NCBI GenBank assembly: GCA_030390025.1
Contig: CM059438.1
Location: 71,116,001-71,180,000, forward strand
DNA from: Squalus acanthias
Taxonomy: Eukaryota
DNA length: 64,000 nt
Direction of reading: 5' to 3'
Shown: positions 1 to 12,145 of the stretch, one piece after another
Layout: each line of letters starts with the position of its first letter
How positions within the stretch are numbered: the first letter of the stretch is position 1
Notes under the pieces: model-generated
The model's database searches: none
The model's input: the letters and a program-made list of their open reading frames with translations, nothing else
Told to the model about the DNA's origin: nothing
Program-made: the position numbers and the translations under genes

Positions 1-399
1 TGTAAAAAATATTGTGTTTTTCCCCAACATAACTTCCTTTCATAATATAAATACACAACACAAGCCTTGTAAGTTTTTATACCAAAGCTACTGTGCTCTA
101 TGATATCTCAAAGGTCATACAGACTTTTTGCCAAGATGTGATGGACAGATACTCTGGAAAATTAGAATGATGGCACTATGTTGTTTGCAGTCCACATTCA
201 TATCACACTCATAGTTGGTTCTCCGCAGATCTGACTCTTAAATAATTGCCAGTATTTATCACTAGCATCTGAAATACATTCCTATACACTAAGAACTTAT
301 TTGAATGACGTGAGCCATCAAACAATTTGAGCTTTGCCAATAATTAAAAGGAGTGTGTTCTCATTAACCCAGCAATGGTTTACGTGACAGGATACCTAC

Positions 400-491
400 C
401 CACACAGTTGAAAGATGGTTCCTGGCGACATAAACTAGAGCAGCCATCGCCATTCATTTTGTTCTTGTCATCACATTCTTCTCCCAGATTC
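400..491 (-). CDS. PAPPA: PAPPA exon 9 (not in the ORF track in the correct frame)
   Basis: gattccag|G AAT CTG ... TGT GTG G|gtaggt. Translates (R)[30 protein letters not shown], matching human GEQCDDMNKINGDGCSLFCRQEVSFNCI. 92 nt. Confidence 0.95.
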
Positions 492-1174
492 CTGGAATCA
501 TACCACAGAATGAATAATGAGTAATTATTGAACATGAATGATAACGAAAGTTGCTGGCGTCCACAATTCCTCTGACGTTCTCTGCGGGTTCAATTGTTGC
601 ATGGCACTCTTTTGAGACATCGCTGGCTTTTGCAGAACGATTCTCTGAGCATTTCCCACAAGGTTCTTGCTGTGTACAAGTCCGACCAATGCACTTGACG
701 AGCACTGTGGGCAAAGTGAACCATGGCTAAGGCTAACTGGGTGCTAGATTTGGCGCCACGCCGAAGTATCCAGCTACTGGTGGAGCTAATTCATTTGCTC
801 TTTGGTGCCAAAGTATTTGCCTCTGATTAACTCGCATTTTACAGAAAGTGTCTTAAACTAAAACTATGATTGATTTAACAGCTCTACATGTGAATGATTA
901 TTTAAACTGTCAGCCAAAACACTCCTATCATTGTTTTCCTGGCAAATACGTCGGGGAAATTAGTATGAGGCTTTTGAGTGGCTTTGAGTCTGAACTGAAG
1001 AGGAGTTTGGTTCCAAAAGCAGTCATGTTTTATTGATTGGTTGCCAATTCAGCAACACTCTGTTTGGCTCCTGAAGCCAAAGATATTTTTAATTGGCGCC
1101 AAAATTGGCTCAGTAGATGAAGGCTACTATTTGACTATGGAGGGCCTTAGAGGCCCACTGAATATAGTGCATTT

Positions 1175-2160
1175 TTGCCAATGATTTATCCAAGTTTTAC
1201 TAGTCTCCATGTAATGGGTAACTGTAGATTGTCATCAGTGAAATACTATGCCCTTCTGAATCAGCAAATGAGTAGAGCACTCACCCTCAATGGCGCTTTG
1301 CCTCAGGAATCTGTGCAGGCTCCTTCATTATTCAATAGCTACATTACAGACATACCTGACACAATTTTGCATGTTCATTTACGGTGACGACATCGCCCTC
1401 ACGACACAAGGTAACAACCTCGCCACCATAGGCCAGACCCTCTCTAGCGACCTGACGTTCATGGCAGAGCCCTTTCAATACTGGCAGCCCCACCCCAATG
1501 CCTTCAAAACCGTGGTAACAGCCTTTTACCTAAACAACAAAGCGGCCAAAGAACCACCTAATGTCACGGGTCTGAAACGAGCCCTATCCGAAGTACTCGG
1601 GTGCCAATGCACGCGCACTTCGAAGAGTGACTCTAGCACTGGTGTACTCAGCTGCCGAATATTGCGCACCAGTCTGGGCGGACATCTCACGTACAAAACC
1701 TTTGGATGCGCAGTTGAATGTCACGCTATGAATCAGAAGTGGATCACTAAAATCAACACCCGTTCAATGGGTTGCCTCCAGTGGCACATAGACCCGCACC
1801 TAAAACCTGGACAGACAGACCTGCACCTCATGATTACAATCGTACCATGGTCAACCTGAATTTACAATTTCATGAGGACCCCCAGAATCTTCCAAAGACA
1901 CACCTGAAATCTCACAAGCCTTTTTGGGATCGGGCTAATGCTCTTAAAGCGTCCCCATTTAATCCTAAGGCACACTGGAATAATGTTAATGTCCCAAACA
2001 AGCACCTGATTGCTGATCCCACAGAAGAAGTTCCCAGGCTTCAAACTACCCTGCAAAACAATGTTACCTATTGAACCATTTCACAAAATCACATGGCAGA
2101 TGTGGTCATTTCTTACAGCTCTGGAATTTGAGAGGCAACACACAATGTGACCACGGACTC
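1175..2160 (+). mobile_element. Degenerate Vingi/Ingi-like non-LTR retrotransposon (RT C-half and C-terminal region)
   Basis: Frameshifted frames give LPQESVQAPSLFNSYITDIPDT, FIYGDDIAL (YADD-like), KTVVTAFYLNNK, HLKSHKPFW, LIADPTEEVP and LNHFTKSHGRCGHFLQLW...QCD. These resemble Vingi ORF motifs. Confidence 0.7.
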
Positions 2161-2187
2161 CAGCCTGCTTCGATTGCTTGCTGATGC

Positions 2188-2190
2188 ATG

Positions 2191-2231
<41 letters not shown>

Positions 2232-2232
2232 T
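2188..2232. repeat. (TA)n microsatellite
   Basis: About 15 TA units with TG-containing flanks. Confidence 0.95.
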
Positions 2233-2325
2233 TATGTAAATGGCATTACACTAACTTCAGGGGTTCAGTTAATGAACAAAGCAGCTGAGTTATCCTCTAA
2301 GAGTTCTGAACCCTTTGACTGGATT

Positions 2326-4272
2326 AATGGGCAGGATCTTGCTGGAGGGGGGCATCACCCAGCATACGCCGTTAGTTAGACTTTTTCCTGCACCCTTCAG
2401 CTCAAAACATTTTTGCACCTAAACTTGCTGGAAGAGCAAGCTGATAATGGTGTGGCGAGGACAACAGGGCATCTGGGACCTCAGTGAAGGGAGGGACCAA
2501 CAGTCTATCTCCTTATCCAATGAGATCTAAGGATTGAGAAAGAAACAGAGGAATGGTTGAGAAGGAGGGTGAATTAGAGTCAAATCAGGCACAGAAAGAG
2601 AAATATAGAGAGGGAAAGAAAGAAAGATTGGATTAAGAGAGAGAGAAAAAAAAGAGACAGAAAGGAAAAGTGAGAAAAAAAAAATTTAAATTGAATTTTT
2701 AAATCTCTAAGAACAATTTACCATCTGAAGGAATAAGAACATAAGAAATAGGAGCAGGAGTAGGCCATTCGGCCCTTTGAGCCTGCTCTGCCATTCAATG
2801 AGATCATGGCTGATCTTCTGCCTCAGCTCCATTCACCAGCCCTATCGTCATATTCCTTGATGCCTTTACTAGTCAGAAATCTATCGGCTTCTGTTTTGAA
2901 TATACCCAATGACTGAGCCTCCACAGCCCTCTGGGGTAGAGAATTCCAAAGATTCACCACCCTCTGTGTGAAGAAATTTCTTCTCATCTCAGTCCTGAAT
3001 GGCCTACCCTTTATCCTGAGGCTGTGGCCCCTGGTTCTAGACTCCCCAGCCAAGGGAAACATTCTCCCAGCATCCACCCTATCAAGCCCTATAATAATTT
3101 TGTATGCTTCAATGAGATCTCCCCTCATTCTTCTGAATTCAAGAGAATACAGGCCTAGTTTACTCAATCTCTTCTCATACGACAGTCCCGCCATCCCAGG
3201 AATCAATCTTGTGAACCTTTGTTGCACTCCCTCTATGGCAAGTATATCCTTCCTTAGGTAAGGAGACCAAAATTGTACACAGTACTCCAGGTGTGGTTTC
3301 ACCAAGGCCCTATATAATTGGAGTAAGACGTCTTTACTCCTGTACTCAAATCCTCTTGTAATGAAGGCCAGCATACCATTTGCCTTCCTAATGGCTTGCT
3401 GCACCTGCACATTCACTTTCAGTGACTCATGTACAAGGGCACCCAGGTCCCTTTGACATCTGCATTCCCCAATCTTTCACCATTTAGGAAATACTCTGCC
3501 TTTCTGTTTTTTCTACCAAAGTGGATAACTTCCCATTTATCCACATTATATTCCATCTGCCATGTTCTCGCCCACTCACTGAACCTGTCGAGATCCCCTT
3601 GAAGCCTCTTCACATCCTTTTCACAACTGACACTGCCACCTAGCTTTGTATCATCAGCAAATTTGGAAATGTTACATTTAGTCCCCTCATCCAAATCATT
3701 GATATAGATTGTGAATAGCTGGGGCCCAAGCACCGATCCTTGCGGTACCCCATTAGTCACAGCCTGCCATCCTGAAAAAGACCCGTTTATCCCTACTCTT
3801 TGTTTTCTGTCTGTTAACCAATTCTCAATCCATGCTAGTATATTATTAATGAAACGCTACAGTTTAAATTGTTCAATTTCTGGCCCAGAGAGGTTGATTG
3901 GCATTGCATTAACAACTATCATAAGGGTACTAACGCCGTTAATTACCAGACTCTGGGCTAGAAATAGTGTAGCGTCCCGTTTGGGGTGATAACTTTTCAG
4001 GGAGCTAACCCGGAGGCGCAAAGCAGGGGAATTTCTCCCCCTTAACCTTCTGTGCTAAGTTTAATGGGGAATTCATGTGCAAATGCAGCAAGTTCTTAAA
4101 AATAACAGGGAGGCTAAGGGCGAGATGCCTTTGTACAAAGCAAATAGCAAGTTCTGGAGATTCACAGCTCACGGGGTATTTCTTCATTCCCTGAACTTGC
4201 TGGCCGATTAGCACATTAATAACAGCGTGCGTATTGACACACCATTATCTATCCAGCAAGATCCGGCCCATT
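2326..4272. mobile_element. TIR-bounded non-autonomous DNA element interrupted by a CR1 insertion
   Basis: Left end aatgggcaggatcttgctgga and right end tccagcaagatccggcccatt are inverted repeats with one mismatch. The internal sequence recurs at about 35900-36654 and, inverted, at about 40538-41040. Confidence 0.75.
2733..3847 (-). mobile_element. 5'-truncated CR1 LINE (RT C-half and 3' UTR)
   Basis: GVPQGSVLGPQLF...KFADDTKLG and LYRALVKPHLEYCVQFWSP with one frameshift. The 3' UTR ends in the (TTCTTATG)n tail. Confidence 0.93.
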
Positions 4273-5562
4273 GTCCTGTGATCCGCTGAGAGTGTTCCAC
4301 TGTCCTGTATTTATCAGGCTGGGGATAAAGACCAAACTGATCAAATTAGATTCCATAGTGCCAAATTTCTTATGCTTTTAGATCCTGGAACAGCCTGTAA
4401 CAGCCCATTCAGCTGGTTTTATCTGCCACATTCTACCCTGGGAAAGTTTGTTCTACAACAGAGGCAATCTGCTGCGATCCAGTTTTAAGTTTTTTCAAGT
4501 GACTCGAGTGGCATTATCAATGTCCGGGTTTGCCGAGCATTCATCACTGATGACACACTCTCTCGTTAAAACTCTCTGAACATCGACTAATACTCACCAG
4601 AAACCCACTTTGTTTTTATAGCTCTCCCATTCTCATGAATCCCCGAACAGTATTTGTTGTGATACAAATTTCTTTGAGTCTGAATCGCTGATCCTGGGCC
4701 TAATGAAGGGGTTTATAAGTTTACACCCAGAAGTTAAGATGTGTAACCATCTCAGTTACAACTTGTCAGTTAGCTGTTGAGAAAAGTGCGGTGAGTCCTG
4801 GTTAGATTCATGTGGCTGTTCCCGCTGTGTGAGCTCAACTCAGGAATATTTCAGTTTTTATTACGATCCTATACAATTGTAAGTTACGGCTTAAACTATT
4901 ACGGTACCTATTTACTTGGAAGGCATTTAAATGTTCAAGTGATAAGCTCTGGATTTGTGGAAATAAAGCAGCTTGGATTACACAACTCTTGCTCTGAAAT
5001 GAATGGAATATATTAGCTGTTCTCTCTATGCTTAGCTAAGTCATAAAACTATGTAACACAGTTGGTTAATGGAGGTATTTTTTTTTTACATAGACTTTTG
5101 TATGTTAGGGAATGAAATAAATCTGGTTATAATGTAAAAGACGTTGTGCCAATATTGGGAAATGATTTCAAATGCATTTACCAACTTTGAAGAGGTAATC
5201 TGCTGAGTACTTGCAATTGTTAGATTGAGCGACAGAGGGAATTGTTGCAATGTGTTGGTTATGTTGACCCTATGTATTTTTATTTGGGAGGGGGTGGGGG
5301 AGGTGGGATAGCAGCTATGGGCAAAGATAACTGGAAATAGGATAAATATCCAGTGACTAACCGGCAGACCATTAATCACCGTAAGTGTTCAAATCCAGGA
5401 GTCTCTTCATTTCCCAGATATTCTGTGTTCCATCACTTCAACACTATCTTAAGATGAACTTTGTCAGAGTAGGATTAGTAAACTATTTCTGCCTCTGGAT
5501 GTTGGAAGCTGTGACACTGGGGATCATCTGACTCACCGAATAAATATATTGAATGAATGAAT

Positions 5563-5730
5563 AGTGTCAGCTGTGGCTCAGTGGGTAGCACACTCCAGGG
5601 ACTTGAGCACATAAAGCTAGGCTGACACTTCAGTGCAGTGCTGAGGGAGTGCTGCACTGTCGGAGGTGCCGTCTTTCGGATGAGACGTTAAACGTGAAAG
5701 GCGCTATATAAATGTAAATCTTTCTTTCTT
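5563..5730 (+). mobile_element. Internally deleted tRNA-derived DeuSINE-type SINE (SacSINE1-like)
   Basis: Head gtcagctgtggctcagtggg and tail gtgaaaggcgctatataaatg...(tttc)n. Two deletions relative to the copies at 5801 and 41693. Confidence 0.8.
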
Positions 5731-5800
5731 TATTGAAGGCCTTGCTCCAATTTAATACACAGTTATTTAACTAATATTCCTGTTTATACTGCACTTAAAT

Positions 5801-6235
5801 AGAAAGAAAGAAAGACTTGTATTTATATAGCGCCTTTCATGACCACGGGACGTCTCAAAGCGCTTTACAGCCAATGAAGTACTTTTGAAGTGGAGTCACT
5901 GTTGTAATGTGGGAAACGCGGCAGCCAATTTGCGCACAGCAAGCTCCCACAAACAGAAATGTGATAATGATCAGATAATCTGTTTTTGTTATGTTGATTG
6001 AGGGATAAATATTGGCCAGGACACCGGGGATCTTTTACATCCACCTGAGATAGCAGACAGGGCCTCAGTTTAACGTCTCATCTGAAAGACGGCACCTCCG
6101 ACAGTGCAGCACTCCCTCAACACTGCACTGGAGTGTCAGCCTGGATTTATGTGCTCAAGTCCCTGGAGTGGGACTGGAACCCACAACCTTCTGACTCAGA
6201 GGCGAGTGTGCTCCCCACTGAGCCACAGCTGACAC
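5801..6235 (-). mobile_element. tRNA-derived DeuSINE-type SINE (SacSINE1-like)
   Basis: A-box and B-box-like head, central gatgagacgttaaac...ggccaatatttatccctc block, and L2-like tail. Homologous to 41693-42145. Confidence 0.85.
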
Positions 6236-6527
6236 TTCTGCCAAAAATAAATCTTATGCCTGCCCTAAAAGTGCCAGTTATTGTTGCTGCCAGTCCAGGT
6301 TTGTCTTTAGGAAGAGGTGGTCTTGTATTCATTAATCTTCGTGCCAGTCACCACCTCACAGTGCCCAGTTACTTTTCTTGGGTACTGCTATGCTATTCTC
6401 TGGTGCTGAAAAGACCTGTCAGTCTCACCTTTTCAACCAAAATAAAATGCTGAGAGAAAAGCAGCCTATGGAAGTTGCATTGTACGGGACACTTGATTTG
6501 TGCAGTGCACCGTTGCCTCTCCAGAGC

Positions 6528-7148
6528 AGTAGAAATGGCCAATCTAACTCGGCTAAAACACCACAGAAATCAAGCGGGTGCTATACCATCAGGGCCTCTA
6601 CAACAAGGATACATCTGCACTAACCACCAAAGGAGGGGAAACATTGGGAACTAAAATTGTTAGCGCCCCCCCCCCCCAACTGGGCGCGACTGCAGAGGTG
6701 GGCAGCGATGGCGCGCCAGAGCAGAGAGGCTCAAGGACCAAACGAAATTCCTCGGGCCTCGTCGTCATAATTCAGCGAGCTGCGGGAGCAAACCAGGCAC
6801 CCGGAGGCAGCCCGCCTGTCGAGGCCCAACAAATTTTGGCTGGCGCCAAGCCCACAGGTAGAGGCTGGATGGGGAAAGCGATTGGTGGGGCGGGGGGGGA
6901 GGCGGCGAGGGCAGGCTGGCAGCGGCCCGCAGTTGTTCTGTGGAGCCAGGAGCAGCATTCCTGCGACTTCCAACTCCACAAAAACAAAGTTTAGTAATGA
7001 TCTGGAGTCCCTTTTTCGAGCAGCTTCCGGCGGTGCCTTTAACAATCGATTGCTAGGTAGCTCAAGATCCAGAAATACCAGTCAGATCTTGCAATCCACA
7101 GGTCTAAACAAATTACAAGTCCGGGTCCGAATTGCCAAATTCTAATTG
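6528..7148. mobile_element. GC-rich MITE-like element
   Basis: Degenerate inverted ends (cagtagaaatggccaatc / gaattgccaaattctaattg). Carries the ccaggagcagca module shared with other GC-rich repeats in the window. Confidence 0.4.
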
Positions 7149-7366
7149 TATCGCCTCCAGTGTTGACCTGCCTGTGATCCCACTGCACAGACCAGGGATC
7201 AAATCTTGGACCTTCTGGCCCACTACCTCATTGGACCAACTGATCCATCAAGGGAGTCCATCTGAATTTTTACGTTTGGGAAATAAAGCCCAACCACTGT
7301 TAATTTAGCAGTTTAACAGTTTACAATGAGGCCACCCAGAGTTTGGCTTGCTTTAAGTAAACTTAC

Positions 7367-7495
7367 CGTTGGATCAATCCATCTCCACAGTAAGCAGCTC
7401 CATGTACATGTTTCAGTTCTGGGGAAGGTTCACTTTCATCAGAGCCCATGGCAACCACCACCTGATACGTGTACAAAGTGCCAGGCTTTACATCC
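7367..7495 (-). CDS. PAPPA: PAPPA exon 8 (not in the ORF track)
   Basis: gtgtcctcag|G GAT GTA ... ATC CAA CG|gtaagt. Translates (M)DVKPGTLYTYQVVVAMGSDESEPSPELKHVHGAAYCGDGLIQ(R), matching human ...ESEPSPAVTYIHGSGYCGDGIIQ. 129 nt, phase fits exons 7 and 9. Confidence 0.95.
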
Positions 7496-8934
7496 CTGAG
7501 GACACAAAAAAAAGCTCGATAAATATACATTTTCTTTCTTTCTGGTGCTAATACAGGTTTCCCTGGCTTTCAATGGAACCTTCCTGAGGCATTTGGTGAA
7601 CAGCTGCAATATTGTCCTGGTCGAGTGTCCTAAACACCCACATTAGGTTGGTTCCTTTAGTGCTATTTCTAAGCAGCTCCATTTCATGAAGAGACAGAGG
7701 CCTTCGTGCAATGCTGCCCTGTCTAATTCACACTTTCTGTTTCTTCATTTTCTACACAAGCACTACTTTCCACGGGCCACAGAAATACACATCCGCACTT
7801 TGCGCGGGTACACTCTCCATTGTCAGTCTGTGAACTGCTTGTCGTGTACTTGGGCACAGAGGTATAATGGGTGGCACATTTTCAGACTGGCTGTGAGCTC
7901 ATAGATGTCACGAATCGGCAAACGAAAAGAGGAGAGTTTGCTCGTCTCTTTGTGCTTATATATATATATATATATTTTCCCTTTTGATTATTGCACTGTT
8001 TAGTGTTGAAGGAATCCACATCTGAACTATCCCCTTCCAGAGAAAAAGCGGGTGGCGGGGGCAGGGGTGAGTGCATAAGAAGCAAACAAATGGTCTGCTG
8101 TCTCTACTGATATTTATTTGAACCTGTAAATACTATGCTTGTAAGATCAAAATTTAAATTCTATATACAGGCACTTTGTGGGCACCTAACTGTCCCTTTT
8201 ATTGCCACCTGTGAAAGAAAAAATGGCACCCAAGATCTTTTGAAAGTGCGGCCACATGTTGAGTTGAAGAAGTGAGTTGTGAACTGAAATTAATTTCCCA
8301 AAGTACAACATCAGACAGCAGCTGGCCTCTAGAATCTGGGCACAGCTGAGAGTTAAACCAAATATTTATCTGCTGCCCTTTGCTTTAATAGGTTTATTAT
8401 CAGAGAGCAGTGGTCGGCAAATCGACTCATTTACCGCGACACATAGTGCGTTCATTCTACAATTGATATTCAGATCAGGCCAGAATGGACACACACATCC
8501 TGACACTTCAGATTCGTAATCAATTCTCGGTCCAAATCTGGTATCCAGTATTGCACGATGTCCAACTTTTTACACTGGAGTTTGAATAGAAACTCCTCTT
8601 GTCCGAGATTAATAGCCGTATTTTCAAAACAGCTGCAGTACTTCAGCAGCATTTGCAGATGCTGTTTTTCTTGTCCTTTTAGTACCATACTCATTCTGGT
8701 TACAGGTTAGCAAACAGAGGGAAAGCGCGACAACGCATTTGTTGAAGTGGTGATTTCGTCGCGATTACTTTTGGGAACGTGACTTGGAATAAAAGTTGAA
8801 TTTGACAGAGTCTGCTGCAGTGCAAACTTGCCCCAGCAGCTAAATATGGTGATGTTGCAGCGATGTTTCCTGAGTTACTTGGTTCCTGGAAACACTTCTC
8901 CCCCCTGCCCCACCACCACACACACACTGAAATG

Positions 8935-9152
8935 GTACATTTGTTTAATGCAGCGTGTTGTTATGATCTGGAATTCACTGCCTGAATGGGTGGTGGAAGT
9001 AGACTCAATAATTACTTCCAAAAGGGAATTGGATAAATATTTGAAAAGGATAAATTTGCAGGGCTATGGGGGAAGGAGCAGGGAGTGGGACTAATTGGAT
9101 AGCTCTTTCAAAGCCAGCAGAGGCGCAATGGGCCAAATGGCCTCCTTTCTGT
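8935..9152 (+). mobile_element. CR1 3' fragment
   Basis: QRVVMIWNSLPEWVVEVDSIITSKRELDKYL...GYG followed by CR1 3' UTR. Confidence 0.85.
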
Positions 9153-9977
9153 GGCTTATAAATGGAAAATTTGCTTCGGTGATTGTTCTACAAGCACTAC
9201 TGCCCGTTATGTGCAATTTCAGGACCGTGGCCATGTTTGGAAGACATTGAATTTCTATAACTTAATAATAGGCAAAGAAATTATATTCTTACATTGCCCT
9301 ATTTTAAAATTGCATCAAGCTGAAACACGGCAGTAAAAGAATCCCGGCTGGCGTGAGTGCAGTGCCAGGCCGGAGAACAGGACAGCGCCTCTATTTTAAC
9401 CCTCCACGAGCCCCTTTCTCGTTAGGCACGGGGTGGTGGTGGGATTAAAATCGGCCCTTGTATATGGCTAAGAGTGGAAGAAAAAAAGTATAAAATCAAT
9501 AGAATCCACGTCATAATCCTAGGCAGTTAGCAATGATGCAGCCAGAGCGAGCACGTCAATGCAATTATATTTTAAAATCATCTTCAATCTCTTGGGGTGG
9601 AGTTAATGGTGATAATGCAATCTTGCGGTTCACTGAACAGTCATAAGCTGCTGGCACTTTGCTCTTCCACCTAATGACATCATCTGAACACTCAATTAGG
9701 TTACAGCCTAGTTTGATAGCTCCCGCCCATGGTATTAATGAGAATTTTGCAGCTTTAAATTACGCATACCAAAGCTCTGTGAACTACCTTTTAGATATGG
9801 CCTCGGGTTAATCCTGAGTTACACCTTCCTTGCAGGTGTTGGCTGCAATAAAACAGCTTTTATAGTGGCTATGAGGTGTGAATGATTTATCACGTCTATT
9901 CCTTCCATACTTAATAAATATCTCATGCTTAAAGTGTCTATTTAATCTCATTATTTACTGCAAACTCTTGAATCCCA

Positions 9978-10660
9978 AGGGCTCAATTTTAACACTGCCT
10001 GCCTGGCTGGAACGGGGCAAGCTGGTGGTTCAAATGGCGGTTGGGCACTGCCAATGCGTGCCTGACATGTGCCCGCCAACCGCCTTTTTAACATGCCGCG
10101 TTTTCGGCAGTCGGAGGCAGACGGGGCCTCATTAATACTTAAATGTCGGGATACGATGGCATCATTTGGACCCTGACGCCATCTCGACTGCCGGTTGCGG
10201 CAGTGACGCCCGGTGCCGAAGCCGTCAGTGAAAGTTGGCGGCTGGCAGAAGCCAACCAAAAAAATAATTGTTTTTAATTTATTTTAGGTTTCCTTGCAGG
10301 CCCAGGAGGAGCAGGAGTGCGGCTACCAGGCTCCATAACAAAACACTAGGCCTTCCCTGCCCCGGGCTTCCTTTCCCCTCCCCTGACCATGATCACCACA
10401 GGACCCCTGCCCCCCCACCAGGAACACATGCCAGGGACGATTCCCTCTGGTCTCCAGCGGCGGACTCCTTCCGCCTGGAATCCCGCTCCCGCCCGCCGCA
10501 AAGGTAGCGATTCCCATCAGGTTTGGGCACAAGTCTGGGTACAATCATTTAAAAGAGGCCCAGGAGTTAAAATCTTGCAGGCCTCATACTACCAGGGGGG
10601 CTCGACGGTTTGCCAACCACCTCGTCCCCAGCACTGAGGCCCCCAGTTAAAATCGGGGCT
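9978..10660. mobile_element. GC-rich MITE-like element (probably PIF/Harbinger-derived)
   Basis: Imperfect inverted ends gggctcaattttaac / gttaaaatcggggc. Internal module is repeated in inverted orientation at 11529-11637. Confidence 0.5.
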
Positions 10661-11941
10661 TCTACTGGCTCAGGCGCACAAAAACTTTGTCGAGCTTAAT
10701 GTACAAATCACCGGGCTTGTGTCTGCTGCGATCCTTGATATGCCTAAACTGGCCACTGGCTGAGAAGAATGAGACATCGTATGAATTGCTGAAAAGATGA
10801 AATTCCTGCTTGCCAGCCAGATATTCCCGACAATGCAGTCCCCCTTTTGGGCCCCAATACTACTTATGGTAAAATGTAATTCTGCAGAACATTTATCCAC
10901 CCTTTCAGCTACTGAAAGATGCTTCCAGTCAGCTAAGTAATGGAGTGGAGCTGATGCCAAGAATTGCAGACAAGCCGGTGACCTGCTCACCTGCCCTTTT
11001 CGCTGAATGGCTGGCTGTATGTGGAACAATAAACAACTACCTACCGTATGATCGAAAGGGACGGATAAAAATGGAGCAAGCAGTAAATATTTTTGCAGAC
11101 TTGGGAGGATTTTTATGGTGTCAAGAAACAAGTATGCTTTCCATCGTCAGTCAGGTGACAGACTGGTTCTCTGGTACACAGTGAAGAAAATTATTCTGGA
11201 CATTTAGCAGGAAAGCTACACTGGGCTTCCATGTTGTACCTTTTCTCGATTTCTTTTCCTCCTGAAAATGATGACATTCACTGGCTGAAGCTCCATGGCT
11301 CTTCAGGGGCTTGTCCGAGTGGGTATTCTTCATATGTGAACCTAGGTAGTGAGTGTCTGCAGGCTATTGGACTATGGAAGACATTACATACGAACATGAA
11401 CTAATGGCCACAAAGGTCCACTTTCCAGCGAGGGTCCCTGTATAGCGTCAGGAACCTGAGAGAATGGTCTCCGGCGTGTGGTCGGGAGAGGGGGGGCGGC
11501 AGGGCTGGGGCGAGGGGTGAGGTGGATGGTCCTGTGGCAATCACGGTCGGGGCGGGGAAAGGAAAACCCCGGGGACAGGGGAGGACCAGCGGTTCCTTAT
11601 GGGGCCATGGAGGCGCACTCCTGCTCCTCCCGGGCCCACGAGGGACAGGAGAGAGAACCCTGCCCAACTTGGTCTGCTCTCTAACTCAACGACACTGAAC
11701 TCAGTTGCAACGTCGGACCTGCTGCCTCAGCCGAGATCAGCACTTACCAGAGGACCGAGCCTCAGATCACACGGCATTGTGCATTTACCCCTGAGACATC
11801 AGAGTAGTTTGTCTTCCAAGTTTCAGAAATATTCCAGATTACTTGTAAACTACAGTCCAGCTCATTACTTACTGACCTTTCAAAAGTTTAGATGGTCAGT
11901 CCTAATATCACTTCTTCCGTTACCTCTTTGAATCCATTTTT

Positions 11942-12145
11942 ACATAGGAACAGGAGAAGGCCATCCAGTCCCTGGAGCCTGTTCCGCTATTCACTTAGAT
12001 CATGGCTGATCTGTATCTTAGCCGCCCTGGTTCCGTTGCCCTTAATACCCTTGCCTAATAAAAATCTATCAATCTCAGTTTTGAAATTTTCAATTGACCC
12101 CCAGCCCCAACAGCTTTTTGGGGGGAAGCGAGTTCCAGATTTTGT
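11942..12145 (-). mobile_element. CR1 3' fragment
   Basis: FKTEIDRFLLGKGIKG plus CR1 3' UTR stem-loop. Confidence 0.85.

Noticed and set aside
6578..7145. Multiple overlapping ORFs in GC-rich patches (also 10268-10637, 11401-11931, 13296-14100, 23211-23687)
   Set aside because: Stop-poor GC-rich MITE sequence yields low-complexity ORFs on both strands. There is no coding signal.
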